Shown here one piece after another: positions 1 through 16,018 of a stretch of DNA of 64,000 bases. The DNA is from Mobula hypostoma. Its lineage: Eukaryota. The notes below the pieces were generated by a model, which made no database searches, was not told the origin of the DNA, and worked only from the letters and a program-made list of their open reading frames with translations. The stretch is from contig NC_086097.1 in the NCBI RefSeq assembly GCF_963921235.1, positions 173,788,001-173,852,000 of the forward strand. The letters run 5' to 3'. How positions within the stretch are numbered: position 1 is the first letter of the stretch; the number at the start of each line of letters is the position of its first letter. Position numbers and translations under genes: made by a program.

Positions 1-1191
1 TCAATATTTTGCTCTCTTTTTGCACTATTTCTTATAAATTCTAACTTTAACTTACAATAATTTTTATGTATTGCACCATACTGCTATCTCAAAAGAACAA
101 ATTTCACAACATATATCAGTAATAATAAACCTGATTCTGATTGCATTAAACTTCTTATTCTTCTAAATTAGGATGACGGAAATTAATTAATATCAAATAT
201 CAAAAATGCTGTTTTAAAAATATGCAATTCAGAATCCAACTCCTCCTAGTTACCACATATTGCATTTCTTGCTCTTGAAAAGTATTCCTTGGAGCTCTAC
301 ATTATGAACACAAACAGCACCACCTACAAGCATAGGCATGGGCAAAGGCTGTGCCCTTTTATATTATAAATAAACATGACCAGATCTACTGATAAATCAG
401 CAAGGATTATGGAAAAAGTTACTGGCACCTTGGGAAAATAAAATTTACCAAAATAGTATATTTTTCAGCACGATTTCCTCCAAAGGAAACAAGGAGAATA
501 CATCTTAAACACACAATGGGTCTTGTTTCCTTATACTTTGAAGCATTTTAGATCAAGATAGTAAAATGATAAATAACATTCATTGAGTGGTATTGATTTT
601 CACTGACAAAAGTTCTCGCCATTGGCTATTCTTAACCATGTACCTAAATATATTAAATATTAAATTGTGAATTGTATGAACTTCCAATAAAATCAATTGT
701 CACATCACTTTATATATACTAACTTATTTCAATAAAACATATTCAGTCTTATCCAAATTCTGTTTCATTATGATTTTGAACTTTTGCATAATAAATTTAG
801 TTTCAAAGCCAGATTTCAACCTCTTATCTCAACATATGATGAAAGTCTGATGTTACAAAGGGTAATAATGACTTCACCCTTGGCTATTTCTCACAAATCT
901 TACTGCCAATTGAGAGCATTGCACCTACTTTTAATGGAAACAATAGATTTTCATTGGCACTTGCTACTTTTACAGAGATTTCTACATATCTGTCAGCTCA
1001 TAAAATAGAAGTCCCTCCGCAAAATAATCAATCAAAGTAATTTTGATGTTTTTCTCATATAGACATTTCAGAAAACACATTTAAATGTGTCTTCAATACT
1101 TCCATATAGATAATGCTAAATTAATACATAAATGACGAAATGCTACCAAAGGAAGCTTTGATATAACTTTGGGCAAAAAATTGATGAATAC

Positions 1192-1287
1192 CTCAACAGT
1201 AGTTCCTTCTTGCTCCCAGCAAAGCACTTCTTTGGATTTAACTTTCTGAGGGCTGTAATAGCTGCTCTCTGTTTGCATTTCCGTCAA
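1192..1287 (-). CDS. VPS13B: VPS13B internal coding exon (equivalent to human exon 9), 96 bp, phase 0/0
   Basis: Translates LTEMQTESSYYSPQKVKSKEVLCWEQEGTTVE, near-identical to recalled human VPS13B LTEMQVESSYYSPQKVKSKEVLCWEQEGTTVE. On the minus strand the acceptor is ttacag| and the donor is GAG|gtattc. Joins in frame to the 22377-22651 exon. Confidence 0.95.
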
Positions 1288-3044
1288 CTGTAATGAAATG
1301 ACAATACTTCATTTCAAGTACATTGTATATTAGCAATAAATAGTCATAACCTGTCATCTCAATACACAAAATTGCCACAGACAAATTAGTCTTTACATTT
1401 CAACTAAATTCTGTTATTACACAGGAAACAGGTGCAGAAAAACAGCTGCAAATTATTATCCACATCAGGATATAAGGTTCACTGTTGACTATGATTTAAT
1501 CACATCTAGATAATGACATGTATTTTGAACATAAGGTTAATGTTAAACTTCTCATGTTAACAATTTCTTTACATCTGCTAGTGAAATATCTTCATCACTG
1601 TCAAGTCTGTATCTTTATTTAACTGAATAATTATCCAACTTGATGTGAAAATAAAAAAATTGCAGATCAGAAATGGAAAATAAAAGATTCTTGGGAGTTA
1701 TTTTTATTATTTCAAAAGTCAAATCTGAACCAATAGCATCAAACTACAAAATACCATAATCAATCAGCAAGAATTATTAGAAATTGTCAAATTGAATTCA
1801 GATTCCGAACAATTACCAATGGTTAACTCACCCTTGACAATTATCTCAATTATACTGACATGATTGGAAGCAATATTCATTCCTACAGTATGGAAATACC
1901 CTCAGCTCTCATTACAAATCCATTTCCACTCCTCATGTTGTGTAACTCATATTACACATGCTGGCTTTACATAGCTATGTTAATATGCCATAAGGTAAAG
2001 AGTTATGCATAACGTAACCAGCTTCATCTGTCAGCAATTATTTCAACGGAAAGCAATTAATTGATTAGAGGAACTCAATCTAGAAGAACAATTTTAAGCA
2101 TTATTAAATCAACAGTAGGCTTAATTTGGCATCTTCTCATATGGAGTGATCTCAACAGCATACAACAATAATGCAGCAACTTGAGAGTATTTCTGACCCA
2201 AGTTAAGTGTAAATTAGTTTCAAACATTTTTTACTGGGCAATTAGAACAATTGTAAGTAATACTTCTGAAAATTGGCATGATCAGAAGAGGCTTGGTAAT
2301 CATAAATTGTGAATATTATGCAATTAGAGTTGGAGTCTTTTAACATATTAAATGAAAACAGAACAAAATGCCAAGATAAATTTTAAAATGACTTTGAAAG
2401 GTTGTAAAATTTATTCACAATAAAATATTATATTGCAATTTCACTAAATTAGGTTAAAAACTCAATCCATTCCAAATTGTTATAGTTCGTATTATTGCAA
2501 TTTTTTTTTAAAAAGCCACTACTGAAGCTACTGTTCTCGATCTGCCTCCCCAACACAGTATTTCTTTCAAATTGAACAAATCACACTGTCATGCTCAGCT
2601 ACTTTATTTCAGGAATGACACAGTAACTGTTTACCTATACTTGATAAAAGATTGTACAATAAGACTGCTCAATACTATTGTTCAATAGCAAACTCATAAA
2701 GAAATATAGCACAAAACAGACCTTCCACCCACCAAGGCTACAATTACTCATTTACACTAATCAAGCATTAATTCCATTTTTTATTCTTCCTATTAATTCC
2801 AAGATAAAATACACTGGAAACATTCAGCTGGACAGGCAGCACCTGTGGAAAGACACCAAAGACTTATTTTGACTTTCAAAAATGATGCCTGATGTGCTAA
2901 CATTTCCAGCAACATTGGTTTTATTTCAGTTTTCCAGTGTCTGAAATTTTAAATTTGCATTAAAATAACACAGCACACCTGGTTACCTTTCCCATAAAAA
3001 CACATTGGGAAAAATCAAAATGGTAACAGAGCTTAACTTGCATT

Positions 3045-3645
3045 GAAAATAGAAAAAGAACAGTACAGACAGAAACTTACCCTTTAGTCCATAATGTCTA
3101 CAATGGCCATAATGACAATTCAAACAAATTTCATCTGCCTGTACAAGGTCTACTTCACTCTTTTTCTCTCCCTATTCATGTATCTATCGAAGTGCATCTT
3201 AAATGTTGCTATAGTCTCTGCTTCCAACACTTCCTCTGGCAATGCTTTCTAAGCAATTACCTGTGTAAAAAACATACCCTATAATACTCCTTTCAACTTT
3301 TCCTTCTTTAAACTAAAAGCTGTGCCCTCCAATATTTGACATTTGCTCCCTTAGAAAAGGACTCTATCCACACCTCTCAAAATTTTATATATCTTTAACC
3401 TCTGGCGCTCCAGAGAAAACAACCCAAGTTTATCCAACCTCTCCTTATTGTTAATACTCTCTGATCAGGCAACATTCTGGAGAATTTCCTCTGTACCCTC
3501 TCCAAAGCTTCCACATCCTGCCTGTAACGTGGCAACTAAAACTGCACGCATTTCTCAAGGTGTCCCAACCCAAAGTTTCACACAGTTTTGATTTCCTGAT
3601 ATTTATACGCAACTGATTAAGTATGTTGTATGCCTTCTTGACTAC
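3045..3645 (-). mobile_element. CR1 LINE, degraded 3' part (partner of 5183-6830)
   Basis: Minus-strand remnants of the CR1 ORF2 C-terminus (VVKKAY.., KLWRGYRG..) and a CR1-type 3' tail resembling the better copies in this window. Confidence 0.7.
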
Positions 3646-3666
3646 TTCAAGGGGTGATGGACTTAC

Positions 3667-5182
3667 ACTCCAAAAACTGAGTGACTGTGCAAGGAGGGGA
3701 CTAGGCAGGGAGACCACCAAGAGACCTATGATAACTCTGGAGGAGTTACAAGCTTCAGTGGCTGAGATGGGAGAAACTACACATGCAACTATTGCCCAGG
3801 TACTTCAATAGTCACAGCTTTGTGGGAGAGTGGCAAAGAGAAAGCCATTATTGAAAAAAACTCGCATGAAATCTCGGTTAGAGTTTTCCAGAAGGCATAT
3901 AGGAGACTCTCAAGTCAGATGGAAGAAGGTTCTATGGTCTGATGAAACCAAAATTGAGCTCTATAGCCTTTAGACTAAAAGTTATGCTTGACGTAAGCAC
4001 ATCATTAAAAACACATCATCCCTACAGAGAAGCATGGCGGTGGCTGCATCATGCTGTAGAGATGCTTCACTGCAACAGGCCCCAGAAGGCTTGTGAAGGT
4101 AGAGGTAAAATGAATGAAGCAAAATACAGGGGTATCCTGGAGGAAAACCTGATGCAGCCTGCAAGAGAACTGCGACTTAAGAGAAGATTTGTTTTCCAGG
4201 AAGACAATGAGCTCAAGCATAAAGCCAAAGCTACACAGGAATGGTTTAAAAACAACGAAGTTAATGTCCTGGAGTGACCTAGTCAGAGTCTGGACCTCAA
4301 TCCATTTGAGAATTTGTGACGGAAGTTGAATCTGACAGAGCATAAGCAGTTTTATACAGAATGGGGAAAAATTGCAGTGTCCAGATGTGCAAAGCTGACA
4401 GAGACATATCTACATAGACTCAAGGTTGTAATTGGTGCCAAAGGTGCATCTGCTAAATACTGACTTGAAGGGGGTGAACACTTATGGGATCAATTATTTT
4501 GTGTTCTGTATTTGTAATTAATTTAGATCACTGACACAGAAGAGTCTTTTGCTGTTCATCAGTGTCAAAAGATTAACAAAACATAGAACATAGAATAGTA
4601 CAGCACAGTACAGGCCCTTCAGCCCACAATGTTGTGCCAACCTTCAAACCCTGCCTCCCATATAAGCCCCCACCTTAGATTTCTCCATATACCTGTCTAG
4701 TAGTCTCTTAAACTTCACTAGTGTATCTGCCTCCACCACTGACTCAGGCAGTGCATTCCACGCACCAACCACTCTCTGAGTGAAAAACCTTCCTATAATA
4801 TCCCCCTTGAACTTCCCACCCCTTACCTTAAAGCCCTGTCCTCTTGTATTGAGCAGTGGTGCCCTGGGGAAGAGGCACTGGCTATCCACTCTATCTATTC
4901 CTCTTATTATCTTGTACACCTCTATCATGTCTCCTCTCATCCTCCTTCTCTCCAAAGACTAAAGCCCTAGCTCCCTTAATCTCTGATCACAATGCATACT
5001 TTCTAAACCAGGCAGCATCCTGGTAAATCTCCTCTGTACCCTTTCCAATGCTTCCACATCCTTCCTATAGTGAGGTGACCAGAACTGGACATAAATCCAA
5101 TGATTCAATGTTGTAAACAAATAAAACATGAAAACGTGCAAACTTTCAAAGTGGGGGGGGGGTGAATTTTTTATAGGCACTG
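3667..5182 (+). mobile_element. Tc1 DNA transposon, 5'-deleted; frameshifted transposase at about 3667-4463
   Basis: Motifs KLSDCARR..ETTKRPMITLEELQASV, WSDETKIEL, KHGGGCIML, FQEDNELKH, PSQSLDLNPFENL and AKGASAKY-stop. The 3' terminal region ends ataggcactg at 5182 and is interrupted by the CR1 fragment at 4581-5091. Confidence 0.9.
4581..5091 (-). mobile_element. CR1 LINE 3' fragment inserted into the Tc1 3' terminal region
   Basis: ORF2 C-terminus VQFWSPHYRKDVEALERVQRRFTRMLPGL..RRMRGDMIEVYKI; (ACATAGA)n tail at 4581. Confidence 0.9.
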
Positions 5183-6830
5183 AACAACCACTTTCTGGTT
5201 TTTCCAATAAAGCCAATGACTAATCCAATCCAATTTACTACATCATCCTGAATGTCGGAAACAGAACCTTCGTAACCAACTTCACATGCAAGATGGTGTC
5301 AAATATCTTGCAAAAGGCAACTCAGGCAACATCAACTGCCTTGCCTTCATCAACTTTCCTGGTAATATCCTCAAAAAGCTCTATAAAATTAGACATGACC
5401 TATCACACACAAAGCCATGCTGACTATCCTTAATCAATCAATGTCTATCCAAATATTCATATATCCAGACCCTTAGAATACCTTTCAATAATTTTCCCAT
5501 TACTGATGTCAGGCTCACAAGCCTATAATTTCCTGGTTTATTTTAGGGCCTTTCTTAAACAGTGGAACAACATTAGCTATCCTCCAATCCTCCGGTATCA
5601 TACCCGTCGCTAAGGATGATTTAAATATCTCTGCTCAGGCCCCTGCAATTTCTGCACTTGTCTCTCACAGGGTCCAAGTGAACACCTTGTCAGGCCCTGG
5701 AGATTTATCCAACCTAATTTGCTTCCAGACAGCAAACACCTCCTGCGCTGCAATCTGTATAGGGTCCATGACCTTGTTGCTGCTTTTACTCACTTCTGTA
5801 GATTTTGTGTCTGAATCCTGAGTAAATGCAGATTAAAAAAATTAAGATCTCCCCCATCTCATTTGGCTCTACACATACATTACCATTTTGACCTTCCAGA
5901 GGACCAATGTTGTCCCTTTTACTCTCATCATATCTGTATAATTCCTTAGGGTTCTCCTTCACCTGATATGCTAATGCAACTTCATGTCTTCGTTTAGCCC
6001 TTTTGATTTCTTTCTTAAGTGTTCTCTTGCATTTCTTATACTCCATAAGTACTTCATTTGTTCCAACATGCCTAAAATTGTCATGCACCTCCTTTTCTTT
6101 CTTAACCAGAGCCTCAATATCTTTTGAAAACCAAGGTTTCATTAACCTGTTATCTTTACCTTTTATTCTGACAAACACATACAAGCTTTGTACTCTCAAA
6201 ATTTCACTTTTGAAGATCTCCCACTTACCAAGTATACCTTGGCCAAAAAATAATCTGTCCCAATCCTTTCTGAGACCATCAAAATTGGTCTTTCTCCAAC
6301 TTAAATTCTCAACCCGCGAACCAGAACCATCTCTTTTTTTCAAATTTACTTCTAAATTAATGGCATTATGATTAGATGCACAGCGTTCCCCAACACAAAC
6401 TCCTCCCAGCTGCCCTGTCTCATTCCCTAATAGCAGATCAAGTAGCACATACTCTCTCAATAGGACTTCTATGTACTAATTCTGGAAACCTTCCTGAACA
6501 TATTTCACAAACTCTATCCCATTTAGTACATTTACAGTATGGGAGTTCCAGTCAATATGTCGAAAGATAAAATCAACCACTCTAAAAACCTTATGTTTCT
6601 TGTAACAGACTGAGAACATTCTACAAATTTGTTCCTCCAAATCCTGCGGACTGTTTGGTGGTCTATAGCATAACCACATCAACATGGTCATAACTAACTT
6701 TTACATCATTTCCACCCATTGAGCCGAACTAAATGAGTTCTCCAGTCTGCCCCGACTGAGTACTGCCATGACATTTTCTTCTACAAATCCCCCTTTAATC
6801 CTTCCCCTCTATTGTGTCTAAAACAACGGA
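5183..6830 (-). mobile_element. CR1 LINE ORF2 (endonuclease to RT), degraded
   Basis: ORFs 6476-6691 (YRPPNS..DF..IDW) and 5786-6460 (LDLLLGNE..NHN..KENPK..Y) carry CR1 endonuclease and linker motifs. Confidence 0.85.
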
Positions 6831-7029
6831 ACCCCGAAATACTGACATTAGTCACACCATACTCAACCTTTTGATTCCTGATATCATCTGAGGCCTTACA
6901 ACATCTTATCTCCACAACCTCCCCAGTCACTATTCTGGCACTCATATTCCCATCCCTGCACCTCCAATTTAACCCCCCCTTCCCATATCAAACTCCTGCC
7001 TGAGAAGTGACATAGATCCCTTCCAATTT

Positions 7030-8606
7030 GCCTACCAGAGCAACAGGTCCACAGCAGAAGGCATCTCATTGGCTCTTCACTCAACTCTAGAACATTTAGA
7101 TGGCAAAGATGCTGGCTTCAAGATACACTTTTTCGAATACAGTTCAGCATTCAATACCATCATCCCCACAAAACTCATCGATAACCTCTAAGACCTTGGC
7201 CTCAATACCCCCTTGTGTAACACTCGCTTCGCCTAGCGGCTTAATATAAGGGGTGATAACCCCCCAGCCCAGCCAAACTTAAGAAACCTCATTTGGGTGG
7301 ACGTTGCGCGTTGTGTCCCTTGTTACAAATCAGTACCCCGAAATAACAAACAGTACACAATATGTGATTAAACGATTAAGCTTTATAACTCTTACTTTGA
7401 CTATAGGGTTAGTAGAGAAACAAAATATAAAAGAAAAAGGGCCCCAAATCTTATTAAACAGTTTGTGCTAAGTTGGAGATCACGGTTTCCCCTTTGCTGA
7501 TCCTCCGATCGTCGCTGCCCCTCGGACCCTCGCTCCGAGTCCACCCTGTCCAGCAGTCTACCAAATCTTGCCAATCGCGTCTTCTCTCTTCATCTCTCTC
7601 TCTGTCCCCCTCTCCAAAAGCCCATGAAATCAACTGCTTCCAGAATCACAACACAGGGCAACAAACTCCTGATGGGCTAACAGCTGCATTCCAAAGCCCT
7701 GTTATCTCTAGCCATAACCCAAACATTGCTGCTACAGAGAAACCATTACTTAAGCAGTGAACATTACAGAGAAGCTATTACATACATATTAGATCTTAGA
7801 TTTCCTCATTTGCAGACTTCAGTCAGTTTGCTCAGTCCCCTGCTCTACTCACTTAATGCTTATGACACCACGGCTAAACACAGTTTCAATGCCATATTCA
7901 ACTTTGCTGATGACACTACTGTCATATGCCAAATCAGAGGTGATGATGAATCAGCATATAGGAGGGAGATTGAAAATCTGGCTGATTGTTGTCTTAACAA
8001 CAACCTCATATTCAATGTCAGCAAGTAACTGATTATAGACTTCAGAAAAAGGAAACCAGAGCTCAATAAGCCAGCACTCAGAAAATCAGAGGTGGGAAGG
8101 GTTAGCAGCTTTCAGTTCCTCAAACTCTCCTGGGCACAGCATGTGAGTGAAAGCAAAGCAGGGCCTCTACCTCCTTAGGAGTTTCAGGAGGTTCGGCACT
8201 ACATCTGAAACTCTGACAAACTTCTATAGATGTGTAGTGGAGAACATAATAAGTGGCTGCATCACAGCCTGGTATGAAAACACCAATGCCCTTGAATGGA
8301 AAATCATACAAAAAGTAGTAGATATAGCCCTTTATCATGGATAAAGCCCTCCCAACCATTGAACATATCCACATGAAATGTTATCACAGGAAAGCTTCGT
8401 CCATCATCAGGGATCCCCACCCCCAGGACTTGCTCTTTTCTTGCTGCTGCCATGAGGAATAAGGCATAAGAGCCTCAGGACTTGCACTGCAGGGTTCAGG
8501 AATAGTTACTACCCCTCAATCAACAGGCCCTTGAACCAAGTGGGATACCTTCACTTAACTTCACCTCCCCATCATTGAAATGTTCTCACAACCAATGGAC
8601 TCACTT
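7030..8606 (+). mobile_element. Rex1/Babar-type LINE, degraded; interrupted by the solo LTR at 7216-7782, with its 3' UTR resuming at about 10090-10285
   Basis: Motifs LSPLLYSL..FADDTTVI..DDESAYRREI..NVSK and KAKQGLYLLRSFRRFG..FYRCVVENIISGCITAWY. Confidence 0.85.
7216..7782 (-). mobile_element. Solo LTR of a Gypsy family related to the LTR at 34838-35405
   Basis: Termini TGTAAC...TTACA. The reverse complement shares blocks with 34838-35405 (ttatggctagagataac, gtactgatttgtaaca, tccacccaaa). No clear TSD. Confidence 0.7.
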
Positions 8607-10088
8607 TAGAAACATAGAAAACCTACAGCACAATACAGGCCCTTTGGCCCATAATGCTGTGCCAAACATATATTTACTTTAGAAATTACCTAGGGTTACC
8701 CATAGCCCTCTATTTTTCTAAGCTCCACATACATATCCAGGAGTCTCTTAAAAGACCCTATTGTATCCGCCTCCACCACAGTCGCCTGCAGCCCATTCCA
8801 TGCACTCATCACTCTCTGCGTAAAAACTTACCCTTGACATCCCCTCTGTAACTACTTCCAAGCACCTTAAAACTGTGCCCTCTCATGTTAGCCATTTCAG
8901 CCCTGGGAAAAAGCCTTTGACTATCCACATGATCAATGCCTCTCATCATCTTATACATCATCATCAGGTCACCTCTCATCCTTCTTCACTCCAAGGAGAA
9001 AAGGCTCTGTTCAGTCAACCTGACGAAGGGTTCCAGCCCGAAACATCAACTGATCTTTTCCACTGATGCTGCCCGACCTGCTGAGTTCCTCCAGCGTGTT
9101 GTGAGTGTTGTTCAGTCAACCTATTCTCATAAGGCATGCTCACCAATCCAGGCAACATCCTTGTTAATCTCTTCTGCACCCTGTCTATAGTTTCCACATT
9201 CTTCCTGCAGTGAGGTGACTAGAACTGAGCACGGTACCCCAAGTGGGGTCTGACCAGGGACCTATACAGCTGTAACATTACCTCTCAGCTCTTGAACTCA
9301 GTCCCATGGTTAATGAAGGCCAATGGACGGTATGCCTTCTTAATCACAGTCAACCTGCGCAACAGCTTTGATGTCCTATGGACTCGGACCCCAAGATCCT
9401 CCACACTGCCAAGAGTCTTACCATTAATACTATATTCTGCCATCATATTTGACCTCCCAAAATGAACCACTTCACACTTATCTGGGTTGAACTCCATCTA
9501 TCACTTCTCAGCGCAGTTTTGCACACCACTGGTCACCAACCTCCATGCAGAATATGATCTGTCTACAACCACTCTTTGCCTTCAGTGAGCAAGCCAATTC
9601 TAGATCTTCAAATCAAAGTCCCCTCGGATCCCATGCCTCCTTACTTTCTCAATAAGCCTTGCATGGAGTACCTTATCAAATGCCTTGCTGAAATCCATAT
9701 ACACGACATCTACTGCTCTACCTTCATCAATGTGTTTCATCACATCCTCAAAAATTTCAATCAGGCTCATAAGGCATGACCTCCCTTTGATAAAGCCATG
9801 CTGACTATTCCTAATCATATTATGCCTCTGATAAATCCTGCCTCTCAGGATCTTCTCCATCAACTTAACAACCACTGAAGTAAGACTCACTGGACTATAA
9901 TTTCCTGGGCTATCTCTATTCCCTTTCTTGGAAAAGGGAACAACATCTGCAACCCTCCAATCCTCCGGAACCTCTCCCATCCGCATTGATGATGCAAAGA
10001 TCATTGTCAGAGGCTCAGCAATCTCCTCCCTCACCACCCACAGAAACCTGGGGTTTATCTCGTCCGGTCCCGGTGACTTATCCAACTC
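8607..10088 (-). mobile_element. CR1 LINE, 5'-truncated (RT domain plus 3' tail)
   Basis: Motifs KSPGPD..VPEDWRVA..QHGFIKGRSC..VYMDFSKAFDKV and MEFNPDKCEVVHFG; tail tagaaacatagaaa. Confidence 0.9.
9022..9108 (+). mobile_element. 87-bp Penelope-like terminal insertion with hammerhead core, 14-bp TSD
   Basis: Direct repeat tgttcagtcaacct at 9008-9021 and 9109-9122. Core CTGACGA-A-GGGTTCCAGCCC-GAAAC-ATC from 9020; the first two core bases overlap the left repeat. Confidence 0.8.
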
Positions 10089-10799
10089 GATTATTTGTTT
10101 ACATTTTTATTGATTGCACGATTTGTCTTTTTCGCACATTGGATTCTTGACAATACTGTGTGTGGTTTTTCATGGTGATTCTGGACTCTAACCCTAACCC
10201 TAATGCGTGGCTGCCTGCAAGAAGAGAAAGCTTAAGATTGCATTTGGTTTACATACTTCGATAATAAATGTACTTTTAACTTTACATCCTATCCAAAGGA
10301 ATCCTCTCCAAGAGCTTCCCAACCAGTGACGTGAGGCTCACTGATGTATAGCTTCCAAGATTAATTACTCAAATATTTAACCATCTACAAATACAGAAAA
10401 TAGCTACTCAGTATTCCAAAGAAGAGGGTAAAACATGACTCAAGAAATGTAATTATGATCCTTTATCTCTATTAGTAAAATTTCAGTTTCAGTGCTGGGA
10501 TCTACAACTGAAAATTTCCAATCTCTTTGCTTTTTTTCACTTTTTGGCTATTAGTGACAACACCAGTTGATAAAAACACCCCTGTGACAACTATTCCAGA
10601 AAAGGCTCAAGAAACACAAGAGACTGCAGATACTGTTATTTGGAGCAAGAAAGTAAATTGCCTGAAGAACTCAGTGTTTCAAGCAGCACAAGTGGAGGAA
10701 ACAGAATAATCAATTATCACTTCGCCTCCACAGACTCTACTTCTTCAGTTATGTTCTTCTAGCAGTTAATTTTCTGCTCCATTAAAGATACAGCTCGGA

Positions 10800-11527
10800 A
10801 TCAACACCAAGCAACATAAATTGTTTGGATGGATTGTGGGGTCGTGAAAGAAATAGTATACAGCCATGTATCCTTCATGGGAACGTCTTTGCTGCCAGCT
10901 TGCCATCACATGGTTTCCAGATTTGTTTTCAAGCTTCTTGATTTGGATCTTCTGAGGGACCCCAGGTACTCACGTTCGATTAACTGCTTCTTCCACCGCG
11001 TTCTACATGCCACGCTTTCCACCATGAGGGGGTACATGGTGTCCCTATCCCAGTCACTTCCACAACTCCGGGATCCTCTCTTTGCTGCCTGTAATGGATC
11101 TGTCCACTACTTTATCCTCCGCTGGATCCACACTTTCAATCACTGATTCTTTGACTTTCTTATCGCCTGTCCATCACCTCTCTCTGGTGCTCCTCCTCCC
11201 TTTTCTTTCTTCCATGGCCTTCTATCCTCTCCTATCAGACTCCCCCTTCTCCAGCCCTGTATCTCTTTTACCAATCAACTTTCTAGTTCTTCAGTTCACC
11301 CCTCCCCCTCCCGGTTTCACCTATCACCCTGTATTTCTCCTTCTCCTTCCCCCACCTTTTAACTCTGCCGCTCATCTTTTTATTTTATCCAATCCTGCTG
11401 AAGGGCCTTGGCCCAAAATGTCAAATGTACTCTTTTCCATCGATGCTGCCTGGCCTGCTGAGTTCCTTCAGCATTTTGTGTATGTGCTGCTTGGATTTCC
11501 AGCATCTGCAGATTTTCTCGTTTGTGA
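10800..11527 (+). mobile_element. Penelope-like element fragments (internal piece plus 3' terminal repeat with degenerate hammerhead at 11390-11427)
   Basis: Pyrimidine-rich 3' region and terminus matching the GIY-YIG-bearing copies at 18519 and 47250. Confidence 0.7.
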
Positions 11528-11720
11528 AATAATACAGACTTTCTATTTTCAATCACTTTCCATTAGCTCCTACTGAAAATGCAGATATTAAAATACTAGG
11601 ATCAGAGATGTGCATCAAGGAATTCAAGAGTACCAGTCAATAACTACAATACAACCTCAAGAACCCCGATCATTAAGGCTTTACTGATTTGTGAACTTTG
11701 CTGTGTTCAGTTTTGGATAC

Positions 11721-12551
11721 TGTGACAAGAATTCACATAGATTAAGATGTAGCTGTCCTGTGCTGGCACCGGTGGGATCAGCAGTTGGTCTGCCACCTAT
11801 CTTCAGGAGAGAGAGAGATAAGGAAAACAATGGAGCAGCATTTGGAGATGTTAATGAATTTGGAGAGCTGGCAAGAGCGGCTCCCCCTTTGAACCCTGAA
11901 CTGTTTGAAGTGATGGACAGGCGATACCCCAGCAGGGGGATAAAAAGGGACAGGTTTGCTAAGGCAACACACACACGACACCCGAGGTAACGAGACCCTG
12001 GGAGCGGTGCGCCTCTCACAAGTCGGTGGGAAGTACCGGGCCATAACCGCACAGGGTGGAAAGGCACGATCGGCAGGAACCTGGTGTGTGTCCACCCTTG
12101 CCTGGGTGCCAGGTTCAGCGCCTGGAAACGATCATATCTGGAAACGGAGGGGTCATGGTCGGTGACCTCAGATGACATCACAAAGGACTCGCCCAAAAGC
12201 TGACTGCGAAGGTCTGTCTGGAAACCTTGAATATTCATTCGTTTTGCTCTCTCTCTCCTTCCCCCACTGTCCATCGCCACGGCAGCGATTACTGCGAACT
12301 GAACTGAACTTTGCGTCACTTTGAAACTGGTCATTTACCCCTAGACAACGATAGAGCTTGATTAATCCTGTTATCTTAATTCTGTGTACATGTGTGTTTA
12401 TCATTGCTGAACTGTTGCATTTATTATCCTTTTGATTAGAGTACTGTGTTGCTTGTTTCTTTAATAAAACTTTCTTAGTTCTAGTAATCCAGACTCCAAC
12501 TGAGTGATCCATTTCTGCTGGTTTGGCAACCCAGTTACGGGGTACGTAACA
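11721..12551 (+). repeat. 5' LTR (831 bp)
   Basis: TGTGACAAG...GTACGTAACA, with AATAAA near the 3' end. Differs from the 3' LTR by roughly 18 substitutions and 4 indels, counted by eye. Confidence 0.95.
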
Positions 12552-12555
12552 GAAG

Positions 12556-12581
12556 TGCGGTTCTCGTCCACGATTTTGAAC
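12556..12581 (+). promoter_or_regulatory. Degenerate tRNA-Pro primer-binding site
   Basis: tgcggttctcgtccacgattttgaac lies 4 nt after the LTR and resembles the tRNA-Pro complement TGGGGGCTCGTCCGGGATTTGAAC. Confidence 0.65.
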
Positions 12582-12683
12582 GCTAAATTTGGGACGGAGT
12601 AAATTGATTGGGTCAAAATTTCCAAAAGAAAGAAAAGACAAACAGCAGAAACGGAGGCTGAGGAATTTATAAAGGCGCCGACC

Positions 12684-15900
<3,217 letters not shown>

Positions 15901-16005
15901 TTCAAACTCGCTGTATTAGCCAAATAGCTGATAAAGATGTATATTTGTGTGTGTATCAAATAATGTATTCATGTTTGTAATTTTTACCCCCCGGTAAAAA
16001 TCCTT

Positions 16006-16018
16006 AAAGGGGGGAAAG
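16006..16018 (+). promoter_or_regulatory. Polypurine tract
   Basis: aaaggggggaaag immediately before the TG of the 3' LTR. Confidence 0.9.

Noticed and set aside
1..1190. Searched for the next VPS13B exon (ALMMGEPFFDCQIG)
   Set aside because: No match seen; it probably lies beyond the window start.
8147..8344. Similarity to the ALKBH8-associated DUF1891 segment (KAKQGLYLLRSFRRF)
   Set aside because: It is the C-terminal part of a Rex1/Babar LINE ORF, repeated many times here; not a host gene.
11681..12641. ORFs within the LTR (and their twins at 16076-16924)
   Set aside because: No recognisable domain, and their extents differ between the two LTRs; chance ORFs in GC-richer sequence.
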